Shown here: piece by piece, positions 56,048-64,000 of the stretch
How positions within the stretch are numbered: the stretch's first letter is position 1
Layout: the number at the start of each line of letters is the position of its first letter
NCBI GenBank assembly: GCA_965261395.1
Contig: OZ253462.1
Coordinates: 6,304,001-6,368,000, forward strand
DNA from: Candidatus Latescibacterota bacterium
GTDB lineage: Bacteria > Latescibacterota > UBA2968 > UBA8231
DNA: 64,000 nucleotides
Direction of reading: 5' to 3'
Made by a program: the position numbers and the translations under genes
Notes under the pieces: model-generated
What the model was told of the DNA's origin: nothing
The model's input: only the letters and a program-made list of their open reading frames with translations
Databases searched by the model: none

Positions 56048-57568
56048 ATGACCGTGCTTCTCGTTGTACTCGCGCTGACGTTGGCCGCTTGTAGCAGTCA
56101 AGAAAGCATCACCGCGCCCGTCCAAACACACCCACAGGCGGCCAAGTCGGGAGAAGCGGCTCTATCAGAAGGGTCAGCGGCTACGGATCGGGCCACGCTG
56201 GTGGATCTCTATGAGACGACTACCAGCAGCGACTTCGGCTGGGATAATTGGCTTTGCAAGGGTTCCCTAGACCTTTGGGCCGGCGTTACTACGGATGAAA
56301 ACGGCCGCGTTAGGGGTCTCGACCTCAGCGACAACGAATTGCGCGGATTTATACCGCCCGAATTGGCCCAACTCGACAATCTGCAACACCTCGACCTCAG
56401 CGATAACGAATTGCGCGGATTTATACCGCTTGAGTTTGGGCAACTCGACAACCTACAATACCTCGACCTCAGCGATAACGAACTGCGCGGCGAGATATCC
56501 CTCGAACTAGGCAAACTCGACAATCTGCAATATCTCAATCTCTTCTATAACGAGTTATGCGGGCCGATTCCGCCTGAGTTGGGCAACCTCGGCAGCTTGC
56601 AATACCTAAGCTTCCAAGCCAACCAGTTGAGCGGGCCGATACCCCCCGAACTGGGCAAGCTCAAAAATCTGCAAATCCTCAACCTCTTCGGCAGCGGGGT
56701 AAGCGGACCGATTCCGCCCGAGTTGGGCAACCTCAGCAGCCTGCAACGTCTCGACCTCCTAAGAAACCAGTTGAGCGGGCCGATACCCCCCGAACTGGGC
56801 AACCTCAGCAGCCTGCAAGACTTGGAACTCAGCGAAAACCAGTTGAGCGGGCCGATACCCCCCGAACTAGGCAAGCTCGACAGCCTGCAATACCTAGACC
56901 TCAGCAGTAATCAGTTGAGCGGGCCGATACCCCCCGAGTTGGGCAACCTCAGCAGCCTGCAACGTCTCGACCTCAGCGGGAACCAATTGAGCGGGCCGAT
57001 ACCCCCCGAGTTGGCCCAACTCGACAGCCTGCAATACCTTGGCCTCAGCGGGAACCAGTTCAGCGGCTGCATACCGCCAGCCTTGTTTGACGTAGAACAT
57101 CATAGTTTGATCGGAACGGGGCTGTTCGCGTGTTTCGACGACACTGACATCGACCTCGTCACCTTATACGCCGCGATGGTTCCCAGTTTTGAACAAGGCT
57201 TCTTCGTGACGCTGAATCCCGCTGAACGGCCTCCCAATGATGTGATCGGCTGGATTGGAGGGCCGGGCGGTGGCGCTGTGGAAATTACAAGCAACAACTG
57301 GACATTTCAGGATTATTCGCCTGATGGCGAACTGAGAATCAACGGCACCTTAAGCGTCGGGATAGACCGGATGTCGATGTCGACTCCATTGACCGGGACA
57401 GTTGCCCTTACCCCGTCTGGATCAAATCCCGTCAAGCCCGTCGAGTTGATATTCAATATGGCACTTTCGCTTGGGGACGAAGGCTTTTCTTTTACCGGGA
57501 CGCTAACCATCAACGGCGCAGAATTTGACGTCGCGGAACTCTCGGCTGCTGTCGAGGCTGCTGGCTAG
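56048..57568 (+). CDS. Leucine-rich-repeat lipoprotein (plant-type 24-aa LRRs)
   Basis: LAAC lipobox; DRATLVDLY..W.GVT cap; about 11 LxxLxLxxNxLSGPIPPELGxL repeats; AGGAGG RBS. Confidence 0.93.
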   Translation: MTVLLVVLALTLAACSSQESITAPVQTHPQAAKSGEAALSEGSAATDRATLVDLYETTTSSDFGWDNWLCKGSLDLWAGVTTDENGRVRGLDLSDNELRGFIPPELAQLDNLQHLDLSDNELRGFIPLEFGQLDNLQYLDLSDNELRGEISLELGKLDNLQYLNLFYNELCGPIPPELGNLGSLQYLSFQANQLSGPIPPELGKLKNLQILNLFGSGVSGPIPPELGNLSSLQRLDLLRNQLSGPIPPELGNLSSLQDLELSENQLSGPIPPELGKLDSLQYLDLSSNQLSGPIPPELGNLSSLQRLDLSGNQLSGPIPPELAQLDSLQYLGLSGNQFSGCIPPALFDVEHHSLIGTGLFACFDDTDIDLVTLYAAMVPSFEQGFFVTLNPAERPPNDVIGWIGGPGGGAVEITSNNWTFQDYSPDGELRINGTLSVGIDRMSMSTPLTGTVALTPSGSNPVKPVELIFNMALSLGDEGFSFTGTLTINGAEFDVAELSAAVEAAG

Positions 57569-57574
57569 TAGGCC

Positions 57575-57721
57575 GTGCCGTTTTGGTGTTTGGTCGTGGC
57601 TCTATCCTTGTGCTGGGGCTGCGACCGCGGTCTCGATGCCGAGGTCGCCGAGCAGGCCGGAATCGCCGGTCGGCTGCACTCTGTCGGCGAGTGGCCCCGC
57701 GTAGGGGAAGTGGCCGTCTAG
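57575..57721 (+). pseudogene. N-terminal remnant of a lipoprotein
   Basis: MPFWCLVVALSLCWGCDRGL...GIAGRL...GEWP..., stops after 48 aa. Confidence 0.4.
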
Positions 57722-58085
57722 CGCGAAGCGGGCGGCAAGGGCATGAAATCTGGGCGAGAGTACCAGAATCTGACGGGGCTAGTTGGCCCTTCTATCCTCA
57801 GTAGTGTATCCGTTTGAAATTTAAGGGGTATCCCATATAGAGAGGGAGATGTGCGGCGTCAACGGCGTCTACGTATCTTGGACTTGATCCACAGATAGAG
57901 CACGATAATCAAGATGAGGAAAAACAGTTTTTCCTCTACTGTGTCAAATAAACCAAGCATAATTCCGTTTCCTTAGAGGACCCGACTGAAGCACGAGTTC
58001 TCCACGAGAATGTAAACGCCCCATTGTACGTATCGCATGGCAGGAAGGGACGCTGATGGTTCCAACTAGCCTACTACCCAAAATG

Positions 58086-58490
58086 TTAGCTCTCGAAGGT
58101 CTCTGGCCCTAGCCTAGGGACCCATTTAGCTTCCTTACTCAAGATGAGCCGAATTGCGGTTTCGTCACCGGATACAGAACTATGGGCGCGGTTATCAGGC
58201 TCAGGAGTATGGTCTACCTTGTGGCCATCAGCCCGTATAGGAGACGCAATAAAATCAACTATACCATTATCTTCGGGCACCTTGGCTCGATTCCTAGTTT
58301 CTTCCGGCGTCGCATACTTTGACCAATCAACAGATAGGTCGCCTCCTTGGAATCTGAACACGCTGCTTGGCAACTTGCCTAGGGGAATTTCTGCGGCCCT
58401 CACCGTGGCCATGTATATATTTTTATGGACGCGATAGTACAATCGAGCTGTATCGGGGATTTCTTCTATACCGTAGTTACTGACTTGCAT
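58086..58490 (-). CDS. Small hypothetical protein with ART/RES-like motif pattern (candidate toxin)
   Basis: LYYRVH ... F ... LSVDW ... V.H.P...NRAHS; overlaps upstream gene by 14 bp. Confidence 0.6.
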   Translation of the reverse strand: MQVSNYGIEEIPDTARLYYRVHKNIYMATVRAAEIPLGKLPSSVFRFQGGDLSVDWSKYATPEETRNRAKVPEDNGIVDFIASPIRADGHKVDHTPEPDNRAHSSVSGDETAIRLILSKEAKWVPRLGPETFES

Positions 58491-59136
58491 GGCTCATCCA
58501 GCAAGAGATATATCCCGGTTTAGGATGGCTATCTCCACGGATGGAATGCCCGTACGTGTCCTTTCCGTAGTAAGTTACATTACCGTCAGAACAGAAGTTA
58601 ATCAAAAGGTCAAAGTGTTCTGTCTGCCACTGCAGATCTATGCTGCCTCCACTAAATGGAACTATCCATACCTGCTTTACTGCTCTCAATTCAGACTCCG
58701 CAACTAGCTCGAAGAGAAAATCGCGAATAGCATCCAGTGTTTGTTTTTCAAAGGCCGGCGATCCCTCCCCATCCCAATCCTCTCCGAGAGCTAATATCCG
58801 TTCGTCAGCTTCATCTACAATTTTGTCAATGGCTTGCCTGTTGGTAAGTTTTATATCCTCCGCCTTCATCATCAGAATGGGCAATTTCCGCGACTGGACA
58901 AAAATATCCAGCGCATCCCGCACTTGGTGGGGGTCGTCTTCTACGAGGAAGACAGGATGGGAAACGCCCCCTCCCTGATGTTGTGGTGGTACGCGATCAT
59001 CCTCTAAAAGGATGCCAGGACAAGAAATAAAGTCGCCTAGCGAACGGACGGGATCGTCTGAATCGGACGGTCCAAGCAACTCCTGTGTGGGAGAGGAGTA
59101 TATTCGATTTAGGATTTCTTTGACGTTTTCAGTCAT
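58477..59136 (-). CDS. Hypothetical protein with L..DWDG.G...P..GG.I.L.W domain
   Basis: 219 aa; ILALGEDWDGEGS, IVPFSGGSIDLQW; ATGA overlap with upstream gene. Confidence 0.7.
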   Translation of the reverse strand: MTENVKEILNRIYSSPTQELLGPSDSDDPVRSLGDFISCPGILLEDDRVPPQHQGGGVSHPVFLVEDDPHQVRDALDIFVQSRKLPILMMKAEDIKLTNRQAIDKIVDEADERILALGEDWDGEGSPAFEKQTLDAIRDFLFELVAESELRAVKQVWIVPFSGGSIDLQWQTEHFDLLINFCSDGNVTYYGKDTYGHSIRGDSHPKPGYISCWMSHASQ

Positions 59137-59804
59137 TTCAAAAGCCTATCTAGTAGGGAAATGAAGAACGTCTGCTTTTCTGGCCAATGGCTAACGGCTT
59201 CTCGAAGAGTCGGGGCATCCATCGGCTCACCATATTCAAAGGCACCGTTGACGACAACCAACTCTTCAGGTTCAGATTCTCCAGTTGGGTCTCTGTACTC
59301 TCCCACTCGAATCTCTGCTTGACACAGTGCATCAACGGCCTCGAAGAACAACGTTGGGATCGTAGCGAATACTTTAGGCTCGGATTCATCCCCTAGCCAA
59401 GAAGGCAGAAATCGTTGGGCAATCCACGAAGTCGGATTTTCCTGCTTGATAGAAGCGCTGTAGCAAAGTCTTAGAGTTCGATATGGAAGAGAGACGTTTG
59501 ACAAATAAGCTTCAGCCGGCTTATAGATCGGGTAGTCCTCTTGAAAGGGACCGCCAATATATTGACCGATCTGGAGGCTTTCGGGATCCATTCTCCATTG
59601 AACGCCATTCTCATATCGCAGAACCGACTCTGCCAAGGAGGTTCTTGCACTCTTGATAATCCAGCCAGCAGGGACAATCTGCTTGGAGGCGAGGAAATCT
59701 GGAGTAAAGGCCGAAGGGTTGTGAGAGTTCGCGGAGATTTCGACCGTAACAAAATGGAGCAGATAAGGACGGTCTTGGCTGGAACCTTCATTTTTCATCT
59801 GCAT
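59133..59804 (-). CDS. Hypothetical protein (NPS..TP.FL....IVP..W motif; TIGR04255-like)
   Basis: 223 aa; lower GC than backbone; first gene of a coupled triad. Confidence 0.65.
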   Translation of the reverse strand: MQMKNEGSSQDRPYLLHFVTVEISANSHNPSAFTPDFLASKQIVPAGWIIKSARTSLAESVLRYENGVQWRMDPESLQIGQYIGGPFQEDYPIYKPAEAYLSNVSLPYRTLRLCYSASIKQENPTSWIAQRFLPSWLGDESEPKVFATIPTLFFEAVDALCQAEIRVGEYRDPTGESEPEELVVVNGAFEYGEPMDAPTLREAVSHWPEKQTFFISLLDRLLK

Positions 59805-60031
59805 TGAGTCCCGGGTCGCTTAGGTTTTCTTGGGTAGTTTTTGGCAGAATATGAACCGAATGACGATCATTGCGCGGTCAATGTTGGCTATTATTCAAGG
59901 TAGAAGTCTCCCCAGCCACGTCAAGGCTGACCGAACAGCCTCTTGTTTTCGACCTTTCCGGGGTGGAACCGCCCTGCGCCTCATTGCGGCGGATAGCCCC
60001 ATAGCCTCCGCGTCGGCACTCCATAAACCCC

Positions 60032-61788
60032 TCAAAACTGCCGCTCGCCGTCGATAGCGGCGTCCCAACGCTGCGAATAGAGGTAGTCCATCGCGGCCTG
60101 CGTCGCTGTGGGCGAGCCAATCTGTTGCAGGGCACTCAGCGCGAACGCGCCCACGTGACCGCAGGAATCGTCGAGTGCCCTGAGAAGCCGTCTGAAAACC
60201 CCCTGTCGGGCTGTTTTTCGGGTGGTCAAGCGATCTAGGCGTCGAGCGTTTTTCATAGGGCGAGACGCCCTCGATCCCAGCGGCTTGGAGTCAAAGCAGA
60301 GATCGAAACCCTAGTTTTCAGACGGCTTCTGAAGAGCTGGGCTTCTAACGGAGCAGCGGCTTGGCCGAGCTGGGCGCACGCTATTGCGGCGTTGGTCCGC
60401 ACTTGGTCACGGGGCACCCAACGGCGGCCGGCTTCCTCCCGCCAGTCTGGGCGGTCGGCCGAGAGCATTCGTCCTAGGGCTTCCACTGGTACGCCTTGCG
60501 CGATATTGCCCAGCGCGACGAGGGCCGTGCGCACTAGGCGATGCGAGCCATCTTCGAGGCTCCGCGTCAACGCTGGGACCGCTGTTACCGCGTGCGAATC
60601 CATCTCGCCGAGGGCAAAGGCGGCGTTGACTTGGGTCCACTCGCTTTCGTCGTCCAACAACGCGCAGAGCGCCTCGACCGCGGGTTCGCCAACGGCCGCC
60701 AGGGCCTGCGCCGCATCTTCCATGTTAGTCGCTCCCTCATTCCAGGCGGGCGGGGCCTCGGGTTGGTCGGCCTCACGCCCTGCTGCGCGCAACGCTTTGG
60801 CCAGCGTCGCAACCGCTGGCTCGCCAATCGCGCCCAGCGCGTAGGTCGCTGCCGTGCGCATGGCTTGGTGATCGGTGCTCAAGCACTCGACGAGCGTTGG
60901 CACGGCTGCGGCCGCATCGACGCCCCAGCCAGCCAACTGTTGTGCCGCCGCCAGCCGCTGTGCTAAATCCACCTCTGGGTCGAGTTGAGCGATGAGTGCC
61001 GGCACATCCCCAGCGGCCTGTGGCCAGCTAGCGTAGCGATCCCGCTTGCCGCACAGCCAGTCCCAAGTGTGCGCCCAAGCCAGTTCCAGATCGTAGGGGG
61101 AGTCAATGCGTTGGGGCTTTTGCCAGTGCATGCTTTTACAATCCCAAGTCGGTGCCGTTGGCTCGGAGGCCCGCATGTAGATGAACTTGATCATGTGCCG
61201 ATGCATCGGCAGCAGGCTGACGCCGGCGGCGTGGCCCACGTCAAAGTGCGTCAGCGACACCGTGCCAGCTCGGCCGGCCAATGGCAAGGCGCGCGCCCGG
61301 TCCTCGTCGGTCAGTCCGCGATTGAACTGCGTGCCCGGGATCACGTGCGTCGGCCCCAACTCGACCGGCGAATCCTGCGGGTAGTACATGATCCGCGCAT
61401 AGCGCAGATAGTGCTGGCGCGGATGGCCCATCGGCGTGTACCCATCCTGATGGCAGTTGCGGCGCAGCCTTTCCGCGGCCGCGGCCGCGGGCACGGGTTC
61501 CTCCGTCGGCTTGAGCGGATGGCAGTAGCGGTGCGGATGCTCCAAGTAGTTCGGGCCTAAGACGCTGATGAGCGCGCCGCGCACCTCGGGCGAGTTGAGT
61601 ACGTGGCGCATGGCGGGCACGCGCGGCAGGATGTTGTTGCCCGGATTAGGCTCGGAGTCGATGATTTGGTTGAGCCGCTCATAGCACGCTTCGTGCGTCC
61701 CCTCGGGCACGGTCGGCTCAAAGACCAAATAGCCGTTGACGATAAACTCGCGCATCTGCTCGTCAGTGAGCAGGATCGGGTCGGTCAT
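60032..61788 (-). pseudogene. Phytanoyl-CoA dioxygenase (PhyH)-like + HEAT repeat protein, interrupted near its 3' end by a MITE
   Basis: LTDEQMREFIVNGY, HQDG, YYPQD....GPT.VIPG, HEAT repeats; removing MITE + TGA restores ...EAQLF|RALDDSCGHV...RQF* (535 aa). Confidence 0.85.
60184..60329. mobile_element. 146-bp MITE with IS5-type ends
   Basis: TIR GAAGCCGTCTGAAAAC identical to the IS at 47124..48055; TSD TGA at 60181-83 and 60330-32; no transposase. Confidence 0.93.
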
Positions 61789-61822
61789 AATGCAAACTCC
61801 TTTATGGAAGTGTCCATGCCAT

Positions 61823-63718
61823 TCAAATCCGCACCTTCAGGGCCTCGGCCTTTAGCTGTTCGCAGCGGCGCGGCGCGTACGGGGGCTGTTGGGTCTCGCG
61901 CAAATCAAAGCCAAAGGCGCGCTTGCTCAAGACGATGACTGGTGGCGCTTGAATCCGCTTGAAGTAGTTGATCCGCACTTGGCGCTCCACCCATTCGAGA
62001 TCTTCGATCCAACGGCGCGCATCCGGGAAGTACGCACGGAAACACGCCGCATCGTCCCATCCCAACCGCTCTAGCAGCACGCCCTCTATAAACCACTGCA
62101 ACAAATCGCTGCTGTGCCGCCGGTATTCGATGAACTGCCGCAGCACGGCGTCGTGGTAGCCGTACTTGATCGGATCGCCCAAACCCTGCGTCACGTCTTG
62201 GGCCGCAGACAGCTCGGCACTGGGCACCACCGAGCCATCGAGCAGATTCTCCGGCACTACGGCGCGGCCATAGACATCTTCGTTGAGAAAGCGCGCCAGC
62301 GCGAAGACCTGCACCTTGTACAGGTCGGCAATCGGAGCCACCGCGCCGCTGATGTCCCCGTAGAGCGTGGCATAGCCCAAGGCGACCTCGGTCTTGTTGC
62401 CATTGGACGTGAACACGAGTCCGTATTTGGCCGCTAAACCGGCGAGCACATCGGCAAAGCGGATACGCGCCTGCACGTTCTCATCCACCAACCGCGTGTA
62501 CTCGCCCCGGCCCACGGAAAATTCCGCACCCTGCACGAGGGCGGCTACGGCCTCGTACAGCGATTCGATCGGACAGCACAGATAATCAACGCCCAGCGCA
62601 GCGCACAGCGAGCGGGCGTTGTCTTGGGTGACAGCGGCGTTGAAGCGCGTCGGCATATTGACCGCAAACACGCGCGCTGAGCCAAAGGCGCGCTCCAGCA
62701 GACAGCAGACCACGCTGGAGTCCACGCCGCCGCTCGTCGCAATGAGGAACTTGCTTTCCGCGCCGCGCACGTCATCTAGGTGCCGTAGCCCGGTGAGGAT
62801 GCCCGCGTACTGAGCTTCGATTTCGCTTTGGGGCGGCGCAATCTCTGCACGGCCCGTGAGCACGAGCTGTTCCCGCCACGGACGAGCGCGGCACGCGATA
62901 TGCCCGTCGGTCGCGTACGCAGTGCTGTCGCCGTCAAACACAATGATGTTCTTGCCGTTGTTTTGCGCCCCGACTTGGTTGACGTAGAAAAACGGCAGGG
63001 GTGAGCGCGCCAGTATCTGGCGCACCACGCGGTTGCGCTTGTCGCTTTTCTGCCAAGTAAAGGGCGAGGACGAGAGGTTGAATACGGCTTCAGCGCCGCG
63101 ACGGCGATACAGCGCCAGCGTGTCGAGGGGCTCACCGCTGTGGCAGTAGTCCTCGCACCACATGTCCTCGCACAGTTGCACGCCAAAGCCAAAGGACCTT
63201 CCGTCCTGGAGCCGCACCTTGTATGGGTGCAGCCAGTCCTCCAGCGACCGACCCTCGGCCTCGGCCAAGTGGCGCAGCGAGAAGAAGTGCCGGTCGTCGT
63301 CAAAAAATCGATAGTTGGGATGCAGGGTTTTGGGCTGGACGCCGCAGGGCAGCCCGGCGGGCACGGCTTCGCGCACCGCGTATTCGCCGTTGGAACACAC
63401 ATAGACAGCATTGTACTTGCGCCGCCGTCCATCCTGGCCCTGGTGGACGGGGTCCACCGCCACATTGCCAAAGATCACGGTCAACTCAGTGCTGGCCCGG
63501 CAAATCTCATCGCTGTACGCGGCAAAATCCTCGACATACGCGTCCATCTCCCACAAGTCGCCGAGGATATAGCCGCTAATGCACAGCTCGGAAAAGACAA
63601 CGATCTCAGCGCCAGCCGCCCGCGCCTGCTCGATAAAGGCCAGCATCCGCTCCGCATTCAGGTCGGGTCGCCCGGGCTTGACCTCCATCTGCACCAAGGC
63701 GATTGCGGGCAGGCCCAT
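61823..63718 (-). CDS. nadE: Glutamine-dependent NAD+ synthetase
   Basis: Nitrilase domain (FSELCISGY, CEDMW) + SGGVDS, ENVQARIR, NGNKTE.ALGYATLYGD, PSAEL, KRIQAPP. Confidence 0.93.
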   Translation of the reverse strand: MGLPAIALVQMEVKPGRPDLNAERMLAFIEQARAAGAEIVVFSELCISGYILGDLWEMDAYVEDFAAYSDEICRASTELTVIFGNVAVDPVHQGQDGRRRKYNAVYVCSNGEYAVREAVPAGLPCGVQPKTLHPNYRFFDDDRHFFSLRHLAEAEGRSLEDWLHPYKVRLQDGRSFGFGVQLCEDMWCEDYCHSGEPLDTLALYRRRGAEAVFNLSSSPFTWQKSDKRNRVVRQILARSPLPFFYVNQVGAQNNGKNIIVFDGDSTAYATDGHIACRARPWREQLVLTGRAEIAPPQSEIEAQYAGILTGLRHLDDVRGAESKFLIATSGGVDSSVVCCLLERAFGSARVFAVNMPTRFNAAVTQDNARSLCAALGVDYLCCPIESLYEAVAALVQGAEFSVGRGEYTRLVDENVQARIRFADVLAGLAAKYGLVFTSNGNKTEVALGYATLYGDISGAVAPIADLYKVQVFALARFLNEDVYGRAVVPENLLDGSVVPSAELSAAQDVTQGLGDPIKYGYHDAVLRQFIEYRRHSSDLLQWFIEGVLLERLGWDDAACFRAYFPDARRWIEDLEWVERQVRINYFKRIQAPPVIVLSKRAFGFDLRETQQPPYAPRRCEQLKAEALKVRI

Positions 63719-64000
63719 CAGACCATCACGGGGACCCGCGCCTGATGGATGCACTCGGCCAACAGCGGCACGCCCTCGCGGATGGCCTCCAGCGAGGCAA
63801 AGCCAAAGGCGAGGCGGATGGCTGGCACGTCCTCGCGCTGGATGTGGAAACCCTGCCCCCGCGCCACCACAATGCCGCGCTCGGCGCACAGGGCCATCAG
63901 GCGATCGCGATCCACCCCTTCGGGGAACTCGATCCAGATGAACATGCCGCCCACGGGCCGCGACCACGTGCACAGGTCGCCCGCGTTCTCTGCGAGGCCG
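63718..64000 (-). CDS. PLP-dependent aminotransferase class I/II, 3' end (partial)
   Basis: P.GGMFIW, G..F, IRLAFG C-terminal motifs; TGATG overlap with nadE. Confidence 0.8.
   Translation of the reverse strand, partial: GLAENAGDLCTWSRPVGGMFIWIEFPEGVDRDRLMALCAERGIVVARGQGFHIQREDVPAIRLAFGFASLEAIREGVPLLAECIHQARVPVMV

Noticed and set aside
56320-57070. 72-bp periodic repeats as a CRISPR array
   Set aside because: They are in-frame LRR codons with no unique spacers and no cas genes.
57800-58070. Possible degenerate IS ends (TAGTGTATCCGTTTGAAAT, TACTGTGTCAAATAAA)
   Set aside because: No matching partner end, target duplication or transposase fragment found in the window.
61823-63973. 716-aa NadE with long N-terminal extension
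   Set aside because: The extension overlaps the upstream aminotransferase; the real start is ATG 63718 (TGATG coupling).

Overview
GC-rich bacterial chromosome segment. FlgD-Ig/'NYPNPFN' C-terminal sorting domains, a TWGxIK tail and LRR/TPR/FG-GAP/YWTD/HEAT repeat proteins suggest a Latescibacterota/Gemmatimonadota-like, possibly sponge-associated organism (inference). The backbone is catabolic and transport genes: GHL10-like hydrolase, deacetylase, enolase-family enzyme, prpD, DAACS symporter, two Gfo/Idh/MocA oxidoreductases, an RND operon, ABC transporter + DUF1854, uxuA, two DUF5916 proteins and nadE. Accessory material is interspersed: four IS elements with readable ends and target duplications (2x IS630, ISKra4-like, IS5) and a 146-bp MITE sharing the IS5 ends. 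These interrupt three genes that can be rebuilt in frame: a 1410-aa GHKL/sacsin-like + DUF3883-like protein with permuted ATPase motifs, a 386-aa Cys-rich lipoprotein in an AT-rich foreign segment, and a PhyH-HEAT protein. Three toxin-antitoxin loci have broken toxins. The most notable leads are (i) a translationally coupled three-gene operon at 58086-59804 ending in a small ADP-ribosyltransferase-like protein, a candidate toxin-antitoxin-chaperone/anti-phage system, and (ii) repeated cargo segments bracketed by diverged direct repeats, twice a duplicated 3' end of the host gene, with no integrase in the window. No tRNA, rRNA or CRISPR array was seen. Family assignments come from motif recognition, not database searches.
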